DNA from: Bacteroidota bacterium
GTDB lineage: Bacteria; Bacteroidota; Bacteroidia; Bacteroidales; ML635J-15
DNA length: 56,656 nucleotides
Direction of reading: 5' to 3'
NCBI GenBank assembly: GCA_051747965.1
Contig: JBNJGS010000009.1
Span: 2,965-59,620 of the forward strand
Shown piece after piece: positions 38,952 to 48,164 of this stretch. The translations under genes and the position numbers were made by a program. The first letter of the stretch is position 1, and every line of letters begins with the position of its first letter. The notes under the pieces were generated by a model that did not search any database, had not been told where the DNA came from, and saw only the letters and a list, made by a program, of their open reading frames with translations.

Positions 38952-39710
38952 TCACACCGAAATATACAAAATAAACCGACTTCCCCCATTAAAATTGTTG
39001 GCAAATTTACAACGACCGTCAATATACTGTGTTCTCAGTTCAATATCCTTCAAACCCAGGCCGCCTGGAGGCTTGTTTTCAGGGAATCCCTGTCCGTTAT
39101 CTCTGATCACAAGGGAGATGGACTCATTGCTTTGGCGGTAAACAAGCTCAACTTTATCTGCAGCGGCATGTTTTAGGATATTGTTAATCACTTCTTTGAT
39201 GATACGAAACAATTGCAATTTCAGGGAAGCATCCGGCTCTTTTTCGTTATGATTGAGAAAATGCAATCTGATATCATGTTTTTCTTTGAGAATAAAACAG
39301 GCTTCCCGGATAAGTTCACGCATATCCGAGTGTTCAATCATTGGCGGCATGAGATCATGTGAAATATCCCGGGTCAGTTCTATGGTTTCACTTAGATGGT
39401 CTTCGGGATTTTTCTCATGGTTCTTTTCGGGCATACTCATCATCAGATGAATTGCTCTGAGCCGTCCTACAAGGTCGTCGTGCAGATCTGCTGCGATTCG
39501 GGCTCTCTCCTTTTCTCTTATATCAACCGATGCTTTGGCAAGTACCTTCTGATGCTCAATTTTCAAGCGGGATTGTTCTTCCTGTTCTCTCACCAATCGC
39601 CGGGTATATAAGCGAAGGATCAGGACAATGAGAATACCCAGTATTGCCACAATCAAAAAAACAAAACCTAAGCTGATTGCGAACGTTTGCGGGTCCTTCC
39701 AAGCTTCCAT
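38952..39710 (-). CDS. HisKA_3 histidine kinase with a single N-terminal TM and no sensor domain
   Basis: One TM helix; ERARIAADLHDDL; E.INNILKHA; DNGQGF; GLGL. Start MEAWKDP at 39710 overlaps the upstream gene. Confidence 0.9.
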   Translation of the reverse strand: MEAWKDPQTFAISLGFVFLIVAILGILIVLILRLYTRRLVREQEEQSRLKIEHQKVLAKASVDIREKERARIAADLHDDLVGRLRAIHLMMSMPEKNHEKNPEDHLSETIELTRDISHDLMPPMIEHSDMRELIREACFILKEKHDIRLHFLNHNEKEPDASLKLQLFRIIKEVINNILKHAAADKVELVYRQSNESISLVIRDNGQGFPENKPPGGLGLKDIELRTQYIDGRCKFANNFNGGSRFILYISV

Positions 39711-40345
39711 ATCATCAACATTAATATAACATTTGTTGTCAAAATAATAATTAACCTTGCAATCCAAAAATACGAAACAATTTCGAGACTTTCATTAATC
39801 ATGAAATTTATTGCAACAGCGAACAGCATACCAAACAAAGCCTGAAGGAAAAAAACTATACTAAGGATCACGTAATTCTTTACTATTTTCACATCAGGGT
39901 ATATGGCAATCTGTAGAAAGTATGTTATCGCAAACACAGCAATGATTAAGCTACAGTAAAATAAACTTATAAAATGCAGGTTTTGAAAATCACCTCCTAA
40001 AGCGTACATCACATCTCTGCTTACCAGAACGACACTCAATGAACTGAGACCAACTAACACGATACGATATTTTCCGGAGTGCAGCACATACTTAAGGTAA
40101 AATAAGCTTAAAATCACCAGTACTGAAAGATTTGACATTGGACTAATAAACAGATTTGTTCCCTCTTCGGAGAAATTCCTAAATATTAACGAAGCTATTT
40201 CAAAAACAGCATCGCCAACAAATAAGAAAGCCAGGATTTTATAAGGCTTTGGCAAGTGTTTGTAAAATATCACACTTATAATGATTGCTGCAACAATGAT
40301 AACATACAAAATACTTACAAACACTCCCCAAAGCTCCATTATCAT
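39668..40345 (-). CDS. Uncharacterised ~7-TM integral membrane protein (putative receptor subunit)
   Basis: About seven hydrophobic helices in 225 aa with short loops; overlaps the kinase start by 43 nt. Confidence 0.8.
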   Translation of the reverse strand: MIMELWGVFVSILYVIIVAAIIISVIFYKHLPKPYKILAFLFVGDAVFEIASLIFRNFSEEGTNLFISPMSNLSVLVILSLFYLKYVLHSGKYRIVLVGLSSLSVVLVSRDVMYALGGDFQNLHFISLFYCSLIIAVFAITYFLQIAIYPDVKIVKNYVILSIVFFLQALFGMLFAVAINFMINESLEIVSYFWIARLIIILTTNVILMLMIWKLGRTRKRSQSA

Positions 40346-40351
40346 AATTCA

Positions 40352-41005
40352 CTACTTTTTACAATTCGGCGGACAAGGCAGGGAGGTGTTTAGTGGCTGT
40401 CCGATGTCATTGTTTTCTTTCATAACAGACCATGCCACCAGATCGGCATAAAAGCCGGACACACTCGCCCCCTCATCATCAGGTGTAAGGCCAAAGCTAA
40501 ACAGCAAATGATCCAGATTATCATTTTGCAGCTTTTCCTTTATGGATGCGTAAGGCATACGGAATTCTGTAAACAGACCTTCCGGATGATCAACTTCAGT
40601 TTCCAAAAAAGAGGAGAGAAACATCCGCCAGCGGTAATGGCGTTTCAATGCTTCTTTCACAGTGATATCGACCCCATCGTCCTGATTATCTATAAAATCA
40701 GGATTACCGATATCATAGGCTGATTTGTACTCCTTAATCTGAATGGCATCCACTTCTTCCTGACTCATATCACCCCATTCTTTCTTTTCTAATTTGTCCG
40801 GCACCAAGATAAAAATTATTTTACCATTTTCAATCCCCATACGCAGGAAAATACGTTCTTCTATAAAAGGACTGAGGATTTGCTCATCGGATTTTGTCAT
40901 TACCAGATGATTTCCTTTTTGGATAAGTTGCTGAAGATCACTTGGTTTTATACGTGTTTGATTCCAGCTTGCAATGGCGTTGTCAATTCTTTCTTGTTTT
41001 GTCAT
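40352..41005 (-). CDS. Hypothetical soluble protein with C-terminal PCPPNC motif
   Basis: 217-aa ORF with no signal peptide, ending NTSLPCPPNCKK (its only two Cys); 6 nt upstream of the 7-TM gene. Confidence 0.8.
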   Translation of the reverse strand: MTKQERIDNAIASWNQTRIKPSDLQQLIQKGNHLVMTKSDEQILSPFIEERIFLRMGIENGKIIFILVPDKLEKKEWGDMSQEEVDAIQIKEYKSAYDIGNPDFIDNQDDGVDITVKEALKRHYRWRMFLSSFLETEVDHPEGLFTEFRMPYASIKEKLQNDNLDHLLFSFGLTPDDEGASVSGFYADLVAWSVMKENNDIGQPLNTSLPCPPNCKK

Positions 41006-41138
41006 AATAACGTTTTGTTTGGTTAAGATATAAAGGTAACAAAAAAAGAATATAATTTTCCTTCATGACCATATTTGCCTGTCTGAATGACTATTGGGCA
41101 TCTATTTATTCCAATTTCAGCTAAAACATTTCTTGAAT

Positions 41139-41169
41139 TTTGAATTTAAAAAACAGGTTATTATTTTTG
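41139..41169 (+). promoter_or_regulatory. Canonical Bacteroidota promoter TTTG-N19-TATTTTTG for bTHX
   Basis: TTTG at 41139-41142; TATTTTTG at 41162-41169. Confidence 0.7.
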
Positions 41170-41195
41170 TTTTGTAACCAAAAACGATGTATACC

Positions 41196-41315
41196 ATGGG
41201 TAAAGGAGACAAAAAAACCCGGAAAGGGAAAATTTTCAGAGGGTCTTATGGTAAACGCCGCCCTCAAGGAAAAGACAAATTTAACAAACCGGCAGACACT
41301 GCCGATAACAAATAA
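41196..41315 (+). CDS. thx: 30S ribosomal protein bTHX (THX), 39 aa
   Basis: Translation MGKGDKKTRKGKIFRGSYGKRRPQGKDKFNKPADTADNK matches the THX signature MGKGD.(K/R)T..GKI..G(S/T)YG..RP; has its own promoter and terminator; absent from the ORF track. Confidence 0.92.
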   Translation: MGKGDKKTRKGKIFRGSYGKRRPQGKDKFNKPADTADNK

Positions 41316-41344
41316 AAGCTCCCGCGGGAGCTTTTATTTGTTAT
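41305..41344. terminator. Perfect 40-bp palindrome, bidirectional terminator
   Basis: ATAACAAATAAAAGCTCCCG|CGGGAGCTTTTATTTGTTAT between convergent thx and A2M genes. Confidence 0.8.
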
Positions 41345-41387
41345 GCGCAATCTACACACTTAAAAAGCAAATCTGCTTCGAGCCACA

Positions 41388-44300
41388 CTATTCAACATGT
41401 ATTCTGTCACCCTGTGAATGGGCATTGTATTCCGGTGCATACATACACTGAATGTTTGTTATACCATTGGAAAACTCCCCTGCATGCGTGACATACATTG
41501 GATACTCAAACACGTATGTGCCTTTTCTCAGTCTGCTGAAGAAGAAATCAACAGATGCATCGCGCACAGATTCATAATATCCCAGACCATCCTGATAGCG
41601 ATAAGCTGAACGTGTAGAGACAGGTTCAAGTGCAGCAGCGCGCATGTCTTTCATATGGACATATTCCATATCCCTGTCGCTGCGCAATATGATTCTGGCC
41701 ACCAGTTTATCCCCTACCCTGAGGGTGGTTTTCTCATCCAGCAATTTCAGTTCTGTGCCATCATCTGTATCGATTTTTTTGAATAGTTTTTTCTCCAGTT
41801 GCAGGGGTGTTTCATGCGATGTGATTTTGTCCATATCTTCAAAATACTGCCAGTGTAAAGCACCCCATGCCATGCCGGCACCCTTTTTGGTCAGTTTCAC
41901 CTCTGCCATTTCAGGATTCACTTCACTACCGGCCCAATCCATTCTGAAATAACCGGTTCCGGCTTCTGTTGTTACATCATCTTCCTCCTCCGGATCAATG
42001 GTTTCACCGCCCATCTCCACGATAACTCCGGCTTCAGTGTCAAGCAGATTCTGTCCTGTCAGAATAAGTGCATACACCGCTTCAGCAGTTGCCTTTGTGG
42101 TTTTCCAGTCCTGTGTACGTTTTTGATTGAGCAACCATTGCTTCATACGCTCCACAGCCTCCCGGTCATCTCCGGCTTCATCAAAAGCCTCTATCAGCAG
42201 TGCCTGGCTTTCCACCGGAGCCTGATACCAGTAATAGCCTCCGGCATTTTTCCAGTACATGCCTAACTCATCATCAACTATGGCATATTCCCGCAGTGAT
42301 GCGAGAATATCATCTGCAACATTCTCATTGCCGGTTCTGTGCATGAGCAGAGCAATCATGGCTTTTGTGTAATTGTTCATTTCCACCCAATATTCCCTGG
42401 CCTGATTATAGTAGTACTTATAAGCTTTGGAAGTTTGAGGTGAAATCTGGATTTCGCCATGATTAAAACTGCGGGTATAAAGATAGTGTACATGAATATT
42501 GGAGATATGCTTATCTTTCATTTCATCCTCATCAAAAGTGGATGTCAGGTAATCATAGTCCTTTTTTATTTGCTTATCAAGATAGTTTAATCCACTTTTT
42601 ATCATGGGATCTACTTCCCGGATTTGCTTGTCATCAAGCACATTGAGTTTCTTCAGGTGATTGAGCCCGGCCACAATATGCTGTGTGATATATCTGCTTT
42701 CGGGCATACCTTCAAACCAGGGCCATCCGCCGCTGCTAACCTGCTTTTGCTGCAGCTTTTTCAGAGCCGAAAACTGTTCTCTTGCCATGCGGTCCATGTC
42801 AAATAGCAAGCCGATTCGCCGTTTTCGTTCGGCTTCATTTTGTGCTTCAAGTACCCAGGGGGTTTGCTCCAGCATATTGGCTTTCAGGTCCTGATTTTTA
42901 TGAAGATTTGAATTCAGGGCATCAGACTCTGGCAGGTTTTTCCAGCTATCAAATATTCTCCGTATCTGAGGATCTGAATTGGCAATATGCTCAGCCAGAC
43001 TGTTGGCATAATACCTGCTAAATACCTGCTCGGAGCATTCATATGGATACTCCATCAGATAGGGCAAAGCCTGTACAGCATACCATGCAGGCCTCGGTGT
43101 TACTTCGAGGCTGAGCTTATGGTGTTTAAGGCTGGCGGAGGCATTACTCTCTTTGAGTTTGTCAAATGTCCACTTTTTTGTTGAGTTCCCATTGACATAC
43201 ATTGGCATGGATTCGGTAACCAGCATGCGGTTGCTGAGAACAGGCACCACTTTTTGCTCGCCGTCTCCATATTTATCAGTACGGGCTATGAGCTTATATT
43301 CAACAGCCTGCACATTATGTGGAATGTTCAGTGTGAATTTCACCGCTGCATTATCACCGGCATCAATTTCAAAACCAGGCTGTTGTTCAGACACAATCAC
43401 TTTGTCCGTGATATCCTCCCCTGAAAGTGCATCAATAAAGCCAAGCTCAACACTTCCATCCAGGGCTTCTTCAGACAGGTTGCTGATTTTCACACTGAGG
43501 GTCATTTCATCGTTTTCACGGAAAAAGCGAGGCATGTTTGGTACAAGCATGAGTTTTTTGCGTGTTACCATTTCTTTTTCTGAAACAAGAGTACTGAGAT
43601 CTTTGGTATGCGCCATGGCCAGAAATTTCCATGCAGTAAGGCTTTCAGGGGAAGTAAAACTAAAGCTGATTTCTCCTTTTTCATTGGTACGCAATTGAGG
43701 AAGAAAAAAGGCAGTTTCATTGAAATTTTTCCTGATTTTCACATCTCCGGTTCCGGCCTTATCCTGTCTCTGCTCTGCAGGCATTTTTTCATTGGAGGCA
43801 CTTCTATCAGTATCTTTAATTTCTTCTTCCGATGTTTGTGTTTTTACCGGCGGGGAATCAGCGGCCATTTCATCTGTCATTTCGGCTTCACCGGATGCAG
43901 CAGACATAAAAACGCCATCACTGCGCGCGCCCCTCAGATTTGTGGTTGCATAGTTGCCGTAATAATTCAAACCAAACATATTCATGACCGGTTCCATGCC
44001 CTCTACCTTAGCATGTTCGGGTTGATATTCATTGATCAAAAAGGATGCATTGCCTGTTTGAAAAGCGGTGGTGGTGTAGTTTGCTTGTTTATACTCGGGG
44101 TGATACAGATTGAAAGCAAAATTGTTTTCATACAATGCGTCAAGGGATGCATCATACATGCTTGCCAGCATTTCAGCAGCGGCTGCGTCTCCTTTCCATC
44201 CTGATATTTTCACGCGTATTTCTTCTGATTCTCCCGGCAGCAATTCGTTTCTGAAATGCAGGTACTCCAGTTTCAGTTTCTTATTATCAAAAGGCACTGT

Positions 44301-47300
44301 CAGTGTTTTTCTTTGCTGATACAGTTCTCCTTCATAAACAAGAATGGCTGAGACAGTAATTCCACCCCTGAGTTCTTCTGTGACCTCATAAGTGAGTCTC
44401 TTTCCGGAATTTCTAAGTCTAAGCCAGTCATCATGCAATGTTTTGTCCTCATGTTCTATATTGACTAAAACCCTGGCATTTTTCAGGGAAGAGGCAATAT
44501 CAACATTAATCACCTCGCCCACAGAATACTGCGATTTTTCAGTATGTACATTCAGTGCCTTACTCACACCCGGTGTGGATTCTGAATTATCGTAAACCCT
44601 GATGTATTGTTTATCGACCACCGGCATACCAAATTCATCAGTTGCACGTAGTTCAATTCTGTATGCACCAGGAGTAATATTTCCTGTAGACGGCAAGGCG
44701 TATGTTTCACTATTTGCAGTATTGAATGGTATGCTGGCCCGCTTTTCTTTTACAGGAAAGTTTTCTATACGGCCTTCATCGCGATATTCGTGATTTGGTA
44801 ATTTATGTTTCCACTCCTGTTGATCAACCATACTAAATTCCGGAACATCCCAGTCTTTTTCAATCAGAACCTTATCTGGCTGTTGCAGCTCATATATCAC
44901 AATTGTTCCTTTGGCCTCAATACTTTGGGAATTCAGGTTTGTTGAAGAGACAGTAAGACTGTCGAGCTGAGACAGATCAACCGATGAAGGCAGGCTGGTG
45001 CTCAGCTTCAGGGTACGATACCCTACAACAAGCGTACGTGTGACAGATTGCGTTTCACCAGTAATATCTGTGACTTCTGCTTCAATGGTAAAACGATAGC
45101 TCACATCCTGGTCAGCAGGATAATCAGGAATTGCCCTGGGCACGAAGCTAAGATCGAAACTACCGCTTTTATCGCAATGCGTTTCGCCGTGGGTCATGAG
45201 TTCCCGCTGCTGTGGCAGATATCCATACCGCCACATTCTGTGAAATACAGGTTCTCTGTATACACGGTACTTAACATCTGCACCGGAGAGTTTTGCTCCT
45301 GTATATGAGGCTGCACTTCCTTTGAGTGTAACGCGCCTGCCAAGCAGATAGTTGCCATCGGGGTCATCCATTTCCACTTCGAAAGCCGGACGCTTATACT
45401 CTTCAAGCTGCACATATTGCGAACCGGATGGTGTTTTTATGGTCAGACGTCCGTTCAACAAACCCTCCGGAATGACAAGCTCAGCTGAAAAGCTACCAAA
45501 CTCATTGGTTTTTACGGTTTTGGTGGTGATGTTCTGATGATTGGGATCCAGAAAAGAAAGCGAGGTAGTATAGTTGTCCAGGATTTCGTGATTTTTTCCC
45601 TTTTGTTGCAGGCATATTCCTTTTACATGTATGGTTTGCCCGGGCCTGTACACAGCTCTGTCAGTAAAAAAACGGGTTGTTTCTCTCCACTTTTCATTTT
45701 GCCCTGAATACATGTAATGGTATTGGGGATCTGTCCGCAATATTTCCTTGCCGTTGTCAATTTCAAAAACCAAAGAATGTGATCTTCCTGCCAGATTAAA
45801 TTCAGCCATTCCCTTTGCTGAGGTTTTGGTTTGGCTTAGCTTTTCGTATTTATAGTCGCCTGCTTTGTAATTGTAGGTACGGAAAGAAGCTTTGACTTTT
45901 GCGCCTTGTGTTGGCATACCTGTTTTACTGTTTGTAACAAAGAGCTGAAGGCTTTCATCTCTGCTTATTTGTCTGGTGTACCATGCTATGTTTGTTACTT
46001 GCAAAGATTTATACACAACAAAATTTTCTTTCTCACTATCCATTTTCTGTGTGGACAGGAACAGGACATAAAATCCCCCGGGCAATCCTTCACTGATAAA
46101 CTCTGTTGTATGTGACACAAAATCAGGCTTACCGGGCAACTCAAGTTCTTTACTGCGGATGATTTCACCATTTTTCAGGAGTTCAGCCCTGCGTTTTTCT
46201 CCATAATGCTTTCTGACAATACTGCTGAATTCATCAGGATCTATTTTCATAATGGTATAATTCATCTTATCCATGTTTTTGTACTCCACAAAAACAGGAA
46301 ATGGCTGATCAGGAATCACATTGTTTTCAGCGGTAAAACTCAGGTGTAAGTTTTTTATTTTGTTTTGAAGTTGAATGGCCTGACTGGCGGCCCTGGTTTC
46401 CGGATGATTGTTTTTAATCTGCCTGCAAATTTCGTTGCATTTCTCATACAATCCTGCTTTTTTGTTTTCTCCGTACACATGTTTGGTTTCCTCCGCCTTA
46501 TTGAAATACCATTTTGCCAGGCATATATCAATCTCACTGATTACCGGTGAATTTTCAAACTGCATGTGCAAACGTGACAGGGCATGAAAATGCTGATCTT
46601 CTGCATCCTTTCCGGAATAAAACTTTGCTGCAATCTCGAGACGTTTCAAGTCGGTGTAAACCCTGGCGTACGCAAGATTTTCATTGACACGGTATCCCAG
46701 CAGATCTTTCAGGACAGCCATGGCTTTCTCAGCGGCATCCGGGCTGTCTAAAGTATAATCGCTTGCAAGGAATAATCGTGCAGGTAAAAAAACATTACTA
46801 TCACTCAATACCGTCATGCCCTGGTTCTGGTTTTCAGCACGGCTCTTGTAATAATCCGCTATTTCGTGGGCGAAAAAATCATACAAGGCTGGCTGTATCT
46901 TTTCACTGTATTCATCTTGTTTAATCAATTCCGGATATTTCGTGATGGAAATTTTTCCAAGCTGCTTTTTGTAGGCCAGGGCAGATTGATGTTCTTCATC
47001 AATAAGCTGGAAGAAGTCCTCTTGTGTCCAGGTTTTGATGTCGTCTTCGCGATGTTCCCCTGTACTGGTTCTTCGAACCACCGACCATCTGTTTACCGTA
47101 TAGTACATTGAATAAAGCCTGGCTGAAAGCAAATGCATAAAAGCCCTGACTTCGGGTTCATACATATCTTTATCAGACTGCAGACTTTCAATGGCCTGAA
47201 TTATCTGATCTTCCTGATAATAATTGCTCAGCTTAATCCGGTAAATCATGGATTTCATGACCTGTTCATTATCCTTATCGGTGACGGCGGCACTGAAAAT

Positions 47301-47456
47301 GCTGTCAGCTACTTTCAGGGCGGATTGAGGCAGCCCTTTTTGCTCATGCTTTTTCAGATTATCCCATGCTTTATCATAATCCATATTTTCCTGGGCTTTA
47401 CCACTGATGAGGAAGCCAAAAGTTAAAAGTCCGATAAAAAGAAGTGTCTTTTTCAT
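41388..47456 (-). CDS. Bacterial alpha-2-macroglobulin family protein
   Basis: Signal peptide MKKTLLF..GKA-Q; FTDRAVYRPGQT; EEYKRP; IRKNFNETAFF; PRFFRE.D; thioester PYECSEQ; GGWPWF; CMYAPE. Confidence 0.93.
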   Translation of the reverse strand: MKKTLLFIGLLTFGFLISGKAQENMDYDKAWDNLKKHEQKGLPQSALKVADSIFSAAVTDKDNEQVMKSMIYRIKLSNYYQEDQIIQAIESLQSDKDMYEPEVRAFMHLLSARLYSMYYTVNRWSVVRRTSTGEHREDDIKTWTQEDFFQLIDEEHQSALAYKKQLGKISITKYPELIKQDEYSEKIQPALYDFFAHEIADYYKSRAENQNQGMTVLSDSNVFLPARLFLASDYTLDSPDAAEKAMAVLKDLLGYRVNENLAYARVYTDLKRLEIAAKFYSGKDAEDQHFHALSRLHMQFENSPVISEIDICLAKWYFNKAEETKHVYGENKKAGLYEKCNEICRQIKNNHPETRAASQAIQLQNKIKNLHLSFTAENNVIPDQPFPVFVEYKNMDKMNYTIMKIDPDEFSSIVRKHYGEKRRAELLKNGEIIRSKELELPGKPDFVSHTTEFISEGLPGGFYVLFLSTQKMDSEKENFVVYKSLQVTNIAWYTRQISRDESLQLFVTNSKTGMPTQGAKVKASFRTYNYKAGDYKYEKLSQTKTSAKGMAEFNLAGRSHSLVFEIDNGKEILRTDPQYHYMYSGQNEKWRETTRFFTDRAVYRPGQTIHVKGICLQQKGKNHEILDNYTTSLSFLDPNHQNITTKTVKTNEFGSFSAELVIPEGLLNGRLTIKTPSGSQYVQLEEYKRPAFEVEMDDPDGNYLLGRRVTLKGSAASYTGAKLSGADVKYRVYREPVFHRMWRYGYLPQQRELMTHGETHCDKSGSFDLSFVPRAIPDYPADQDVSYRFTIEAEVTDITGETQSVTRTLVVGYRTLKLSTSLPSSVDLSQLDSLTVSSTNLNSQSIEAKGTIVIYELQQPDKVLIEKDWDVPEFSMVDQQEWKHKLPNHEYRDEGRIENFPVKEKRASIPFNTANSETYALPSTGNITPGAYRIELRATDEFGMPVVDKQYIRVYDNSESTPGVSKALNVHTEKSQYSVGEVINVDIASSLKNARVLVNIEHEDKTLHDDWLRLRNSGKRLTYEVTEELRGGITVSAILVYEGELYQQRKTLTVPFDNKKLKLEYLHFRNELLPGESEEIRVKISGWKGDAAAAEMLASMYDASLDALYENNFAFNLYHPEYKQANYTTTAFQTGNASFLINEYQPEHAKVEGMEPVMNMFGLNYYGNYATTNLRGARSDGVFMSAASGEAEMTDEMAADSPPVKTQTSEEEIKDTDRSASNEKMPAEQRQDKAGTGDVKIRKNFNETAFFLPQLRTNEKGEISFSFTSPESLTAWKFLAMAHTKDLSTLVSEKEMVTRKKLMLVPNMPRFFRENDEMTLSVKISNLSEEALDGSVELGFIDALSGEDITDKVIVSEQQPGFEIDAGDNAAVKFTLNIPHNVQAVEYKLIARTDKYGDGEQKVVPVLSNRMLVTESMPMYVNGNSTKKWTFDKLKESNASASLKHHKLSLEVTPRPAWYAVQALPYLMEYPYECSEQVFSRYYANSLAEHIANSDPQIRRIFDSWKNLPESDALNSNLHKNQDLKANMLEQTPWVLEAQNEAERKRRIGLLFDMDRMAREQFSALKKLQQKQVSSGGWPWFEGMPESRYITQHIVAGLNHLKKLNVLDDKQIREVDPMIKSGLNYLDKQIKKDYDYLTSTFDEDEMKDKHISNIHVHYLYTRSFNHGEIQISPQTSKAYKYYYNQAREYWVEMNNYTKAMIALLMHRTGNENVADDILASLREYAIVDDELGMYWKNAGGYYWYQAPVESQALLIEAFDEAGDDREAVERMKQWLLNQKRTQDWKTTKATAEAVYALILTGQNLLDTEAGVIVEMGGETIDPEEEDDVTTEAGTGYFRMDWAGSEVNPEMAEVKLTKKGAGMAWGALHWQYFEDMDKITSHETPLQLEKKLFKKIDTDDGTELKLLDEKTTLRVGDKLVARIILRSDRDMEYVHMKDMRAAALEPVSTRSAYRYQDGLGYYESVRDASVDFFFSRLRKGTYVFEYPMYVTHAGEFSNGITNIQCMYAPEYNAHSQGDRIHVE

Positions 47457-47750
47457 TTGATTTGTTTTTTTGTTTGGATTTTGATGCATGGATACATCAA
47501 AATCCATAATTACTTTATATTTCCTGAAGATAATAAAAAATCAACGAAATTTCCGGAAAGCGTCCGCAGAATCTGTCAATACAAAGAATCAAAAAAAAAG
47601 AAGCCGACTGATCTGATTCTCAAAATGCATGCATAAGATTAGAGTGGACAGGCCTTTTGGCGAAGAAGATATTTTGCAATAATATTTCATGTTTTTAACA
47701 AAAAATCTTACATTTATCGTTTAATAATTCTTCAAAAACATCAATTTATT

Positions 47751-48131
47751 ATGGAAATCACAGGGAAGATATTGCAAATCAACGAACCAATCACCGGAGA
47801 ATCTGCCCGCGGGCAATGGAAAAAACAGGAAGTTATCATCGAAACAGAAGATCAGTTTCCCAAATCAGTTTGCCTGCTTAACTGGAATGACAAGGCAGAT
47901 ATTTCAAATCTAAAGCCAGGGGAAAAAGTAACGGCATTCATCAATATCGAGAGCAGGGAATTTAAAGGACGTTGGTTTACCGATGTTAAAATGTGGAAAA
48001 TAAACAAACAAGAAGATGGTCAGCAGGCTGCTCCACCTGTAGACAATGCACCTCTGCCTGGCAAGGATGATATTCCTGAAGACATTTTTTCAGATGACAA
48101 ATCCGGAGAAGAAGATGATTTGCCATTTTAA
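47751..48131 (+). CDS. DUF3127 family protein (OB-fold, SSB-like acidic tail)
   Basis: MEITGKI, W.KQE..IET..QFPK, ESREFKGRWFTDV..W, C-terminal EDDLPF. Confidence 0.85.
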   Translation: MEITGKILQINEPITGESARGQWKKQEVIIETEDQFPKSVCLLNWNDKADISNLKPGEKVTAFINIESREFKGRWFTDVKMWKINKQEDGQQAAPPVDNAPLPGKDDIPEDIFSDDKSGEEDDLPF

Positions 48132-48164
48132 ACGGGGATAAAACAGAAAAATAACAATCCGCCT

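Noticed and set aside
41140-41451. 103-aa + strand ORF
   Set aside because: Off-frame shadow of the real thx gene (41196-41315); it crosses the promoter and terminator
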